Positions 37,279 through 50,495 are shown, counted from the first letter of the whole stretch. The stretch: 63,153 nt of DNA, filler included, from Octopus bimaculoides (GCF_001194135.2; 6 parts of 6 records of this genome joined end to end with filler, not necessarily neighbours in it); one strand, 5' to 3'. Made by a program: numbers and translations. Notes: generated by a model not told the origin, from the letters alone.

Positions 37279-37312
<34 letters not shown>
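37140..37312 (+). mobile_element. Probable non-LTR retroposon 3' end with (TAA)n tail
   Basis: Non-repetitive ~130 bp ending ctctctcactcaa-(taa)n; small actggg/cccagt hairpin; family assignment is inference. Confidence 0.5.
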
Positions 37313-37313
<1 letters not shown>

Positions 37314-37373
37314 GAAGAAGAAGAAGAAGAACAACCACAACAACAACAACAACAACAGCAACAACAGCAACAT

Positions 37374-37404
<31 letters not shown>

Positions 37405-38150
37405 AACGACTGTTTATGCACTCTGATAGAAGTTTTAATCTCTAGGCAAGCGGAAGGAAGTTGAAGANNNNNNNNNNNNNNNNNNNNNNNNNNNNNNNNN
37501 NNNNNNNNNNNNNNNNNNNNNNNNNNNNNNNNNNNNNNNNNNNNNNNNNNNNNNNNNNNNNNNNNNNNNNNNNNNNNNNNNNNNNNNNNNNNNNNNNNNN
37601 NNNNNNNNNNNNNNNNNNNNNNNNNNNNNNNNNNNNNNNNNNNNNNNNNNNNNNNNNNNNNNNNNNNNNNNNNNNNNNNNNNNNNNNNNNNNNNNNNNNN
37701 NNNNNNNNNNNNNNNNNNNNNNNNNNNNNNNNNNNNNNNNNNNNNNNNNNNNNNNNNNNNNNNNNNNNNNNNNNNNNNNNNNNNNNNNNNNNNNNNNNNN
37801 NNNNNNNNNNNNNNNNNNNNNNNNNNNNNNNNNNNNNNNNNNNNNNNNNNNNNNNNNNNNNNNNNNNNNNNNNNNNNNNNNNNNNNNNNNNNNNNNNNNN
37901 NNNNNNNNNNNNNNNNNNNNNNNNNNNNNNNNNNNNNNNNNNNNNNNNNNNNNNNNNNNNNNNNNNNNNNNNNNNNNNNNNNNNNNNNNNNNNNNNNNNN
38001 NNNNNNNNNNNNNNNNNNNNNNNNNNNNNNNNNNNNNNNNNNNNNNNNNNNNNNNNNNNNNNNNNNNNNNNNNNNNNNNNNNNNNNNNNNNNNNNNNNNN
38101 NNNNNNNNNNNNNNNNNNNNNNNNNNNNNNNNNNNNNNNNNNNNNNNNNN

Positions 38151-38188
<38 letters not shown>

Positions 38189-38796
38189 ATACACACACAC
38201 ACATATATATAGATATATGAATATTGACATTGCCTGAAACCGATAATTAGTCAGATGATGAGTAGAAAATTAGCCGAGCAGAGAGAGAGAAGGTCAGACA
38301 AACAGACAAACAGACGAACTGATAGACTGCGCGTCGGCGCGTCAGTCACGTGTTTCGTGCGTTGTTTACTGTCGTTCCTAAGAACACTTATTCAAAAAGC
38401 TTGTGCAAACATGTAACTTGGGAGTGGGGATGAGCTGCATATCTGCATCCGGTCATCTTAATTATATACACTCGGTTGAGTTTTGATTATCTCATACGCC
38501 CGCGCACACACAGACACGCACACACACACATAGACACGCACGCACACACACACACAGAGTTTTGGACACGCATATTCACCAGAATACACAGGCGATTTTG
38601 TGTATAACCGGGTGCACATACGTGAGTGTCTTAAGCTGTTTGCTATTTTAAATACACACATGCACTTACGTATGTAGGTGTGATTGTATGATTGTGTGCG
38701 TGCATACATGTGCGCGTGTATGTGTGTGGTCGTGCGTGTGTATGCGTATGTGTGTGTGTGCATGTTGTATATATGCATTTGTATATATGTATTATG

Positions 38797-38963
38797 GAAG
38801 AGTGTTTATAATTATGAATAAATCACAATTATAACGGAGAGGGTTACAAAAACCCTGACATGCTTAGAAATAGCAGTCAAAACCACTATAAACCCACTAT
38901 GTAAGGGTTTTTGCAACCCCCTCCGTTATTATTGTGATTTATTCATAATTATAAACACTCTTC
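38797..38963. mobile_element. 167-bp MITE with ~66-bp TIRs
   Basis: gaagagtgtttataattatgaataaatcacaat... / ...attgtgatttattcataattataaacactcttc. Confidence 0.9.
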
Positions 38964-39284
38964 TTTTATGTAATTCATTATTACATGTTTGACCATTCAT
39001 ATATTCATAAATAATTATTAATTGTTTATAATATATCCTTCGTTATATATATATAACATAGAGTGGTGAATAAATCGATATATCGAGTTTGAAGCCTCTG
39101 TCTCTTTTGAATATGAAAATTTAAAAGTTAAAAACCTTATAATATAAATATAAACTGTGAGAACGACCCTTAAGGAATCTAGTTAATGATCCCCTAAGGT
39201 AAGTTCTTATGCTATATTGGTAACGGTTGCTACGTCCTCTGGAAAATTATAATATATATATATATACATACAGGGAGGTCTTGC

Positions 39285-39400
39285 ATTTGTGTTACCCCCA
39301 AGTGTCAGGGTTGATCTCAAAGCTCTTCAGTAAAGCTTTGAGTATATCCTTGAGACGTTCTTCACACAGTAGCCGAATGGCTTGTGACATAAGGCACACA
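39285..39400 (-). mobile_element. RTE ORF C-terminal fragment
   Basis: RLKDILKALLKSFEINPDTW resembles the RTE C-terminal KRFKDTLKASLK.F.I.PD.W motif. Confidence 0.55.
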
Positions 39401-40796
39401 AAGGAGGGAGGCGACAGTCGTTGCTATCGAACCTGCTACGTAACTGGCATTTTCTTTTATCGACTCCGGAGAGAGAAAAACACAACGTTGACCCTGGATG
39501 GGATCGGAAGGTTTGAGTGAGAACTTAATGAACCGCAACTAAATATTGCGAAGTTCTTTGACCTACACTTTAGCGAGTGTACCACACAAGGCGCAATGTT
39601 ACATATTTTTGGGATGGTTCGTGTGTGTATATATATATATGGTATGTAGGTATATCTGTGTGTAGGTACGTGTTTGATAGCATGTGTGTGCGTGTGTGTG
39701 TCTGCATGTGTTTATGTAAGGTGGTGGCGAGTGGTAGTCGTGGTAGTCGTGGTGCTGGTGGTGGTGGTGTTGGTTTTGGTAGTAGTGGTGGGTGAACCAG
39801 TTGATTATATCATCGCGATAGTTGACATCTGTAGAGATGAAAGGCAAAGTTCGACTGCGACGAGAATTCAACAGGGAAAAATAAAATAAATGAATAAATA
39901 ATAACGNNNNNNNNNNNNNNNNNNNNNNNNNNNNNNNNNNNNNNNNNNNNNNNNNNNNNNNNNNNNNNNNNNNNNNNNNNNNNNNNNNNNNNNNNNNNNN
40001 NNNNNNNNNNNNNNNNNNNNNNNNNNNNNNNNNNNNNNNNNNNNNNNNNNNNNNNNNNNNNNNNNNNNNNNNNNNNNNNNNNNNNNNNNNNNNNNNNNNN
40101 NNNNNNNNNNNNNNNNNNNNNNNNNNNNNNNNNNNNNNNNNNNNNNNNNNNNNNNNNNNNNNNNNNNNNNNNNNNNNNNNNNNNNNNNNNNNNNNNNNNN
40201 NNNNNNNNNNNNNNNNNNNNNNNNNNNNNNNNNNNNNNNNNNNNNNNNNNNNNNNNNNNNNNNNNNNNNNNNNNNNNNNNNNNNNNNNNNNNNNNNNNNN
40301 NNNNNNNNNNNNNNNNNNNNNNNNNNNNNNNNNNNNNNNNNNNNNNNNNNNNNNNNNNNNNNNNNNNNNNNNNNNNNNNNNNNNNNNNNNNNNNNNNNNN
40401 NNNNNNNNNNNNNNNNNNNNNNNNNNNNNNNNNNNNNNNNNNNNNNNNNNNNNNNNNNNNNNNNNNNNNNNNNNNNNNNNNNNNNNNNNNNNNNNNNNNN
40501 NNNNNNNNNNNNNNNNNNNNNNNNNNNNNNNNNNNNNNNNNNNNNNNNNNNNNNNNNNNNNNNNNNNNNNNNNNNNNNNNNNNNNNNNNNNNNNNNNNNN
40601 NNNNNNNNNNNNNNNNNNNNNNNNNNNNNNNNNNNNNNNNNNNNNNNNNNNNNNNNNNNNNNNNNNNNNNNNNNNNNNNNNNNNNNNNNNNNNNNNNNNN
40701 NNNNNNNNNNNNNNNNNNNNNNNNNNNNNNNNNNNNNNNNNNNNNNNNNNNNNNNNNNNNNNNNNNNNNNNNNNNNNNNNNNNNNNNNNNNNNNNN

Positions 40797-40798
40797 NT

Positions 40799-40830
<32 letters not shown>

Positions 40831-40850
40831 TCATTCTTTCTTTCTTTCAT

Positions 40851-40902
<52 letters not shown>

Positions 40903-40918
40903 TCATTCTTTCTTTCAT

Positions 40919-40959
<41 letters not shown>

Positions 40960-41101
40960 ATCTCACTGTTTCTCTTTCTCTCTGTGATACACAACACATT
41001 CTCTCTCTTTCTCTCTCTTTCTCTCTCTCCTCTCTCTCTCTCTATTTCTCCCCTTCACACATACAATAACGCTGACACATTACTCACACACACACACATA
41101 T

Positions 41102-41139
<38 letters not shown>

Positions 41140-41368
41140 CCACACACACACACATACACACACACACTGAAACACACTCCGTACGATTAGTATCTTCACA
41201 CTTCCACCCATCCCATTTCCCCCAACCACCCCCTTTATATTCTCCGACAGCCTCTGCCCTTTCTATTGTTGTTCTTAGTCTTGTAGTTGTTGTTATTGGC
41301 TATTGTTGTTGTTGTTGTTGTTGTTGTTGATGATAATGATGATGATGAAGATGATGATGATGATGGTG

Positions 41369-41400
<32 letters not shown>

Positions 41401-41408
41401 GATGGTGG

Positions 41409-41487
<79 letters not shown>

Positions 41488-41816
41488 GATAGTGCTAGTG
41501 ATGATGATGATGATAGTGATGAAGATGATGATGGCGATGATGATGAGGATTAAGGGGATAACGAAGCAGCTGCTATTGCTGTTGATGATGATGATAGTGA
41601 TGACGACGACGACGACGACAACGATGGCGACGAGAAAAAACGATGACGGTGGCTGCGATGACAACCATTGTGATGACGATGACGACGATGACGATGGTAA
41701 TGATGATGATGAATTTTTTGGCTTCAGTGCCATTTCCGGCCATTATTCCATTTGTACAATGCCGCCTCCATTTTGGATGCTGTCGTCATGTTGTTGGACG
41801 ACAGTGGCGATGATGG

Positions 41817-41851
<35 letters not shown>

Positions 41852-42021
41852 GTACTAGTGATGGTGGTGGTGGTGGTTGTAGTGGTGGCGGTAGTTGTAG
41901 TATCGGACGGATGGTGGTAGTGAAGGTTGTGGTGCTGTTGGACTGTAGTGATGGTGGTGGTGGTGGTTGTAGTGGTGGCGGTAGTTGTAGTATCGGACGG
42001 ATGGTGGTAGTGAAGGTTGTG
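40797..42021. repeat. (TTTC)n, (CT)n, (CA)n, (GAT)n and (GGT)n compound tract
   Basis: Direct reading; ~75-bp tandem duplication at 41870-42021 next to a small gap. Confidence 0.9.
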
Positions 42022-42059
42022 NNNNNNNNNNNNNAAGAGAGTAATTTGATTTGGCTGCT

Positions 42060-42144
42060 GTCTCTAGCAGGTTTAGTGACGTCATAGACGCCCCCTTGTT
42101 TGGATCGTCGTTTATGAATCGATGTATATATACATACATTTATA

Positions 42145-42178
<34 letters not shown>

Positions 42179-42345
42179 ATGGAAGTCTGTCGGGTTCGGC
42201 AATGACGTCAGTGACGCCGGAGGTGGGAACGGCGGAATCCAAAGGCGGACGCGCAAAGGCGGCCACATGTTGGGCACGTAACAGCAGAAGTAGGGTTGGG
42301 GATCCTCTCTTTTCGGGCTTGTCGCTTCTGGGCCAGGCTCTTTAG
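42060..42345. promoter_or_regulatory. CpG-rich island with CRE cluster
   Basis: TGACGTCA at 42077-42084 and 42203-42210; half-site TGACG at 42212-42216; GC/CpG far above the surroundings. Confidence 0.55.
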
Positions 42346-42778
42346 ACGCTTATATATATATGTGTGTGTGTGTGTTTGTGTATATAAGAGACTTAAAACA
42401 TTTTTGTTAAACCATGTCTTGCTTGTGTGTCTTGTTTATATATATATATATGTATATATTAAAAGTCCGGGTACGATTTGCACCTGTTTAATAAAAAGAA
42501 GAATTATTATTTGCTGGCCACATTTTCATCACTTTTTTAAAGATAAAGATAACATATTTGAATTTTGAGCATATGGAGAAACAAACACAGGAAGAAGCAG
42601 GTCGATTGCGCTAGTTAGCCATTGATTTAATTAATTAATTATGTGGAGATTATGTAATGATACATTGACGATCGTTTCGATCTGCCAATTTGATTGCAGT
42701 GCCTTCGGATTTAATTATCCCCTGGTTGCTTAAACACGTCAGCCTACCCTTTCAATGTTTAAACAATCCTATCATATA

Positions 42779-42819
<41 letters not shown>

Positions 42820-43676
42820 ATTAAGTCATAAGTCGAAGTAGATAGAGTTCTAAATAATAGCTTGTAAATATTTGGTTAAAAAAACCCTTTGGCTGTGCTC
42901 ATACATACACACATGCCCAAGCACATACATACATATAAATATATGTATATACATGTATATACACGCATATATATATATACACACACAAATATATGTATAT
43001 ATATATATATATATATATCTGTACGCATATGTGTGTGTATGTATGTATGTATGTGTGTATGTATGTGTGTGTGTACATATACATACACATTGTTTATAAA
43101 GTGTCTCTTAAAGTGCAAGACATACAACCATTGTCTTATAACTCCATATATTCTCTTACAACCATCTCCTACTCCCGCCGAAAAAAAAAAAAAAAAAAAA
43201 AAGAAGGAACCTGTGGAGACAATTCGCGTTATTTTAGCAAAATTTCGACTCAGAAGTCTCAGAAACAGAACCGAAAGAGACAAAGAAATTGAATTTGAAA
43301 TAAGTTTTTAAAACGTCTTACGTAAGTAAATATTTTTAGATTGTTTTCTGGGATTATATTTTGTATGTATGTATGTATGTATGTATGTATGTTATGCTGA
43401 TTTATTTCAAGATTTCTTGCCAATAGAGAAAGAACCAGTTTCTAACCTAGATCCAAGGCTCCTTCACTGGAATTTCAACATCAACAACAGGTTATGTATG
43501 CATATATGTATGTATGTATGTATGCATGTATGGTTGTGTGTAGATTTGTATGTTTTGCTTCATGTATGTATTCTCATGCGTATAATTGCATATCTAGACA
43601 TGCTCATATATATTTCAATGATAAACCTCTGGTATGTATGCATATATGCGCATAGAAACACACACACGCACACACA

Positions 43677-43714
<38 letters not shown>

Positions 43715-43859
43715 CACACACACACACACCATTTTCCCCCATACATCTTAGCTGACACCTTATTCCATTGTATTTAGTGAAACAGAGCGTCAGTAAGTTA
43801 ATCGTCGATGTCCGACGAACAATTTTCTTCCTTGTTATGATATATCAAATGACTTGGTG

Positions 43860-44066
43860 ATAGATTTACGGCTACTTGGGCACTTCTTTTCAACGCCTGT
43901 TACTTATTCTGTCGGTATCTTTTGCCGAACCGCTGAGTTACGCGAANNNNNNNNNNNNNNNNNNNNNNNNNNNNNNNNNNNNNNNNNNNNNNNNNNNNNN
44001 NNNNNNNNNNNNNNNNNNNNNNNNNNNNNNNNNNNNNNNNNNNNNNNNNNNNNNNNNNNNNNNNNN

Positions 44067-44097
<31 letters not shown>

Positions 44098-44208
44098 ACA
44101 GTCTTTGGGCAGGTTGAGGCTATAGTAGAAACATTGGCCTATGGTGCCACGCAGTGGGACTGAACCAGGAACCATGTGGCTTGGAAACAAACGTCTTACC
44201 GCACAACC
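43860..44208 (-). mobile_element. Family-B SINE spanning a gap
   Basis: tttgccgaaccgctgagttacg ... ggtgccacgcagtgggactgaacc. Confidence 0.8.
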
Positions 44209-44384
44209 AGGTTCCCAGTATGCCAAATCACTTTGGCTTATACCACTATTTGCTCTTCAGCGCTGCTGGTAACTTGTAACCTAATCGGAGCGTTCGCATG
44301 GTCGGTTCATCAGGTCATCGACAGTTAAACCGGCAACGTCTACCAAGCTTGTTTGGTGAGGAGGGTAATTTATTGGACATCCTG

Positions 44385-44497
44385 CGGGGACGAAAATCAA
44401 AACTTCGGCGGAATTTGAACTCAAAACGTAGCGGCAAACGAAATACCGCTAAGCATTTCGCCCTGCGTGCTAACGATTCTGCCAGCTCACCCCCTTT
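44385..44497 (-). mobile_element. Family-C SINE 5' head
   Basis: Reverse complement of gagctggcagaatcgttagcacgcagggcgaaatgcttagcgg...gagttcaaattccgcc. Confidence 0.85.
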
Positions 44498-44500
44498 CAA

Positions 44501-44546
44501 GACACCTGATGAAGGCTGGAGAGTATATCAGCCGAAACGTTGTGCT
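44501..44546 (+). ncRNA. Minimal type-I hammerhead ribozyme motif
   Basis: cac-CTGATGA-A-GGCTG[gagagtatat]CAGCC-GAAA-CGTT-gtg; intact core, 5-bp stem II, palindromic AACGTT in place of stem III. Confidence 0.75.
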
Positions 44547-45476
44547 AACAACAAACAAGATGAGGAGAAATATCCGTCAAATGTAAATAATGTACATAAT
44601 TCCTCATCTCTTAAATAAAGAACTGTGTAACAATAGGATTTTTTAAACATTGAATTGTATGAGGATCCACCTGAGTGAGATAGGAACGAAAGAGGTTCAG
44701 AAGCAAAAAAGATGGTCGAAAACCGCATAACTAAGCTGATTCCCGAAATTATAAAAATGCCAAAAAAAATTCTGTAGAAGCGCAGGAGACGCTAATGTTA
44801 AGAGGAAAGTTATTTCCATGTGTATATATTACTTACATACATACATACATACACACATACATACATACATACATACATACATACATACATACATACATGC
44901 ATGCATGCATACATACATACATACATGCATACATACATACATACATAAATACGTACGTACATACATATAATTANNNNNNNNNNTACATATAATTATATGT
45001 AGATGTGTGTGTGTGTGGGGGGGGGGGGTGCGTGTATTTAAGGTGAATGTAAAGCGTGTGTGCATGTGTGTATGCGTGTGCGCGTCGTGCACGCATTGAC
45101 AAATAGTAATCTGGTGACATACTGAAAACTGTGACATAGGCGGGTTTCCAGATTCAAATATGCACTCCTTGAACACCGATTTCCGGCTGCTATGTATACA
45201 TACATACATACATACATACACACCCACAAAAGTATATATATATATATATATATACTTATATATAATGTATATATACATATATATATATGCATATATATAT
45301 ATGTATATATGTATACATATATGTAATATATATATATATATACATAAAAATATAAGTATATTATATATATGCTTATATATATGTAAATACACATATATAT
45401 GTGTACATATATATATACATATAAATATATATATTATATGTATACATACATACATACATACATACATACACACACA

Positions 45477-45534
45477 CACTTAGCTGATGACACTTAGCTG
45501 TCACCATGAGATGACGAAATACTCGGTGCTAATG
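45477..45534 (+). ncRNA. Hammerhead remnant disrupted by a local duplication
   Basis: ttag-CTGATGA-[cacttagct duplication]-GTCA...TGAC-GAAA...ctaa. Confidence 0.45.
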
Positions 45535-45767
45535 CTTCTGCTGCAATTGCATCATTTATTCCTCCCAGAGTCTTTGTATTTCTCGATATTTGCGTAGTTT
45601 TGTTTTTATTGTTCTTTTTTTTAATGTGTTTGGCAAGTGTAAAGTGAAGAGTATTACATAACCGGAACTAAATGTATCATGCAATCAGAATCATAGATGA
45701 CTGTGCGTATCATGCGACGTGTATGCATGTGTGTGCATATTTAGTTGTGTGTATCATATCGTTATAT

Positions 45768-45841
<74 letters not shown>

Positions 45842-46284
45842 NNNNNNNNNNNNNNNNNNNNNNNNNNNNNNNNNNNNNNNNNNNNNNNNNNNNNNNNNNN
45901 NNNNNNNNNNNNNNNNNNNNNNNNNNNNNNNNNNNNNNNNNNNNNNNNNNNNNNNNNNNNNNNNNNNNNNNNNNNNNNNNNNNNNNNNNNNNNNNNNNNN
46001 NNNNNNNNNNNNNNNNNNNNNNNNNNNNNNNNNNNNNNNNNNNNNNNNNNNNNNNNNNNNNNNNNNNNNNNNNNNNNNNNNNNNNNNNNNNNNNNNNNNN
46101 NNNNNNNNNNNNNNNNNNNNNNNNNNNNNNNNNNNNNNNNNNNNNNNNNNNNNNNNNNNNNNNNNNNNNNNNNNNNNNNNNNNNNNNNNNNNNNNNNNNN
46201 NNNNNNNNNNNNNNNNNNNNNNNNNNNNNNNNNNNNNNNNNNNNNNNNNNNNNNNNNNNNNNNNNNNNNNNNNNNNNNNNNNNN

Positions 46285-46361
<77 letters not shown>

Positions 46362-46364
46362 ATG

Positions 46365-46540
46365 TGTGTGTGTGTGTGTGTGTCTGTTTTTGCTTTTATG
46401 CCCCCGCACTTGACGACCGGTATTGATGTGTTTGCGTCACCGTAGCTTGGTGCTTCGACAAAAGAGTCCGATAGAATAAGTACCAGGCTTTAAAAAAATC
46501 AGTACTGGCGGTGCCCAAGCATGGCCGCAGTCTAATGTTA
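46365..46540 (+). mobile_element. Family-B SINE 3' half
   Basis: cttgacgaccggtattgatgtgtttgcgtcaccgtagc...ccgatagaataagtacc...agcatggccgcagtc. Confidence 0.8.
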
Positions 46541-47188
46541 CGTAGAACTTATTTTCAGTGCCTCACAAAACGCAAAACGAATAAATATAACGAAACATTG
46601 AATTAATCACCCAATAAATGAATGTTAAATAATTGTAATAATATCAGTGTTAAATAATGTAAGGAGGATTAAAGCAGGCAATAAGTACATTAATTATAAT
46701 TATAATTATAATTAATTATGTGTGTTAGCTAGCAATGTTTGAGTATTAACAGCTGTCGTTATTATCTGCTTGATTTCACCGTTTAATGGCGTCAAGCAAT
46801 GGAACATGTTTTCGACACAGGGGTTGTACGAGATGTAATCGTGGCCTGGGTTTTCTGGTTGGTATCACATTTAATTATGTCTCACATAGGATCACGTTTT
46901 GAAGATATCAGTGTTCAAACTAGGTGCGGGATAGTTGTATGAAGTGTGAAAGTTGGCAGTGGTTTTACACGTATAATTGTTATTAACATAAATGTATAAC
47001 ATACATATATATATATATATTAATATCTATCGCCAAGCTAACATGGTAGTCTAGAAAAATAGGACGAATGCTGCCGTTGGTTAGCTCCGAGAGGCCATTG
47101 CCTCTAGCTAGCTATGTGACACTCAAATCTGTCTCCATTACAATCTTCGAACAGAGGAGGTCATCAGCTTTCCTTTGCTGGTTCAACA

Positions 47189-47231
47189 TCCACAGACCGG
47201 TTTCGGTGTATTTACCCTTTATCAATGTAGA
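47189..47231 (-). ncRNA. Hammerhead remnant with two core substitutions
   Basis: tctaca-TTGATAA-A-gggt[aaat]acacc-GAAACCGGTC-tgtgga; 6-bp stem I, GUC site. Confidence 0.55.
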
Positions 47232-47399
47232 GTAGTTGAACGCAGCAGGTGTCGCTGTTGACTGTCTGTTCGAAGGTTTGTTCATATATATTCAGTGGAA
47301 CACATCCACTGATTTTCAAAAATAGAAATATTATTATTTCTAAATCTCTCTAAAGGAGATTACGGCAGCAGAACTGAGTATTAATATTTATATATGAAA

Positions 47400-47722
47400 T
47401 AAGTACCAGTTGAGGCACTGGAGTCGATGCAATCGACGTACCTCCTCCCACGAAATTGCTGGCCTTGTGCCAAAATTCGAAACCAGAATTAGGGTGGTGA
47501 GGTGGCAGAATCGTTTGTACGTCGTGTAAAATACTTAACTGCAGTCCAGTGGTTAGCGGCAGTCCAATGCTTAGTGGCAGTTCAAATTCTTCCGAGACCG
47601 ACTTTGTGCCTTTCTTCCTTTTGGTGGTCGATAAAATAAGTATAAATTGACAACTGGGGTAGATTTAATCGACTTAAATCCTCCCCCGAAATCGCTGGCT
47701 TTGTGCGAAAATTTGAAACCAA
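47400..47722 (+). mobile_element. Family-C SINE 3' half followed by a full diverged copy
   Basis: aagtaccagttgaggcactggagtcgat...; gtggcagaatcgtt...gttcaaattc...ggtcgataaaataagt. Confidence 0.8.
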
Positions 47723-48472
47723 TGTCCAAGAAGATGAGTTATTCCGTAGAAGATCTATCATTCGCTCAGTTCATTCCTGTAATGATATGCTTCACATGAA
47801 CTTACCTTACGCTATTATCTTGTTGGGCTGGTTACATTACTTCTATTTTTAACAAACGTTTTAAGCGGCAAATATATGAGCTTAGCAGTTCCATAAATAT
47901 CTCACAGAAGATCTAGGACAGCCATTTCTTAAAAGCCCGTTTGCTATTCCGCAACAGGAGTTTTTTTTCTTTTCATCTTTTCTTTTTCTCTCCCGAAAAA
48001 ATGTGTTTTCCTTCCGCGTTTGTTTCTTCTTCTTTATATTGTTATTCTATTTTGTTTTGTCGCTTTCTGTTTTTTCCTTCTAATTTTTGTTTGAGATTTT
48101 TCTTATCATATCATACACACACGCATACATAAGTAGATAAGCCATATGTATGTAAGTATGTTTGTGTGTGCGCGCGCGCGTGTGTATCGCCCAGCCAGGG
48201 TGGCATCATTTAAAAGCTAAAACGATGCAAACCGCATTGTGACCAGCGATGTATAACATCCGGTAGTCTGGTCGATCACGTGATCACATGACATACATAT
48301 CTATCTATCTATCTATCTATCTAATGAATACTCACACATACATATATACATATGCATACAAATATACATACATATATATGTATTTATATACATATACATG
48401 TATGCAGTTATCTATCCATCTGTGAGTGTGTATGTGTTTGTGTGTCTGTGTGTGTGTATTGGACTTTCCTCT

Positions 48473-48507
48473 GTTTCTGAAGAAGAGCTTTACTCGAAAC
48501 GTCAAAC
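48473..48507 (+). ncRNA. Minimal type-I hammerhead ribozyme motif
   Basis: GTTT-CTGAAGA-A-GAG[cttta]CTC-GAAA-CGTC-AAAC; intact core, 4-bp stem I, GUC site. Confidence 0.75.
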
Positions 48508-48605
48508 CATCTTTCTTCTCTTCTCTGAGCGTCTGCTAATACCTTACATGAACCACGTCCTCGCGTTGCTGCTTTTTTGTGTTTGTTCTTCGTTTTTTTA
48601 ATATT

Positions 48606-48639
<34 letters not shown>

Positions 48640-50334
48640 NNNNNNNNNNNNNNNNNNNNNNNNNNNNNNNNNNNNNNNNNNNNTTAATTAATTAANNNNN
48701 NNNNNNNNNNNNNNNNNNNNNNNNNNNNNNNNNNNNNNNTATATATATATATATATATATATATGCCTAGATGCGATTCTCTCTGGCTATGGCCGTTAAT
48801 GCAAGACAGATAACCATCCCCTCTACTTGCAGAAATATTAATATGAAGTGTGACTTTGTATTATAGAAATATTCATTTTTAGTTTAATATATATAAACAT
48901 AAGGTCCACACGAGGAAGGAAAAAAAGCCTCGTTAATGCTCCAAGAAAGCATCATTTAGTTGCAAATTGGAGACCTGACATTTACTGATATACGAACATC
49001 ATAAATAATCCTCGATATTCTCATATAGGATTTTATATCACAAAATGTTGCTGAGTGATCTAAAGTGCGCATTTTCAATACAAGTCTCTTCGGAATTGTG
49101 CTTTGTTTTTTTTTGTCTTCTTTTTTCGCTATGATTTATTGCAAAAATATTCTCTAAATCTATCGCTTCATGTATGTATATATGTATGTATATCGTTTAT
49201 ATCTGCAATTCTGTAGAGTGCTATTATGAAATATAACCTCTATTTACGGTTACACATACACGCACGCACACACGCACACATGCACACAAACTCACACACA
49301 CATGCACACACACATTTACACATACACACGCATGCGTTTGTGTGTATGTATGGGTGTATGCATGTATGTATACCAATAATTTTAGCCACGTTGCTATACC
49401 AAACCAACAATCGTCCGCTGGTATTAAGAGGAGCAGTTGAAAAGAAATATGATCCGTTAAACAAAAATGGACGTGCTGCTACCTGCGTTGTGGGAATGCA
49501 AAAAGATTCGGCTGTTCTTTTCTTCATAGTAGATAATGGCACACATGGTTCCTTATTGACAAGTTTTTTCTTTGTTTTGTTTTGTTTTTGTTTTTTAACC
49601 TGTGTTTCGCCCTGATGGATCATAAATATGATCAACATCATTTCAGCTTGTTGATCTCGACATTTTTACGGGCATGATGAATAAAAGACTTCATAATTCT
49701 TCATTTTTAAGCTTTGTTGTGTGATGTTTTAGATTTGGCAGCCGTTTCTGGTAGATCAAGCTATCGTGTAAACTGTACCTTTTTGATATAAAATTTTTGA
49801 AGACAAAAAACGCAAGAATATTTATAAAGAGAAAGATTGAGTGCAAGACAAACTGAAAAAGCTCGCAAGCACGATAGAAACGGGTGTTGGACAATTTTGA
49901 GTAAAGGAGGGAGGTAAGAAGTAGCCAGCTGCAAAGTTCGGCGGAAGTAGGGGAGAAAGGAAGAGGAAACAAGTGTGGCATAGGTGTGAGGCAGATATTT
50001 GTTTCTCTTTATAGCATGTCATGCCTGCATCACTTTACAGTTTTAATGGTACTCATTATCCCAAAATGAAGGTCTTCTTATCTAATGTCGATGGTTAGAC
50101 ACTAGTGAGTCGATCCAGTAGATTGAGCTTTACATCAGTGAGCGGGGCCGATGCGCTGTAAAGCCGTCAAGAGGAAGAACTCGAAATGTTGCGTTCTCTC
50201 CCCTGATGACCTCTGAAACCTGTCGGCGTTTGGTGTGCGGAGCTTTTAATTGGTAGCACTTGCACAAGAAAGCGGTTAGCAAGTTTCTTTTTATATTGCA
50301 CTATTCATATGTGCATGTGTGTGTGTTCCTTATA

Positions 50335-50495
50335 TTGGTTTCAAATTTTGGCACAAGACCAGCAGTTTCAGAGGCAGGTAAGTTCTCAACTGGTAATGTT
50401 ATAGACCTGGAAAGGACAAAAGGCAAGGTCGACCTCGGTACCATTTGCAACTAAGAACGTAAAGACGTATTAACGAATCTGCCAGCTCGCTGCCT
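50335..50495 (-). mobile_element. Internally deleted family-C SINE
   Basis: tttcaaattttggcacaag...ggcaaggtcgacctcgg...aacgaatctgccagctcgc. Confidence 0.75.

Noticed and set aside
49610-50226. Further hammerhead-like strings at 49612-49639, 50203-50224 and ~3311-3342
   Set aside because: Each lacks core bases or stem II entirely; indistinguishable from chance without a family consensus
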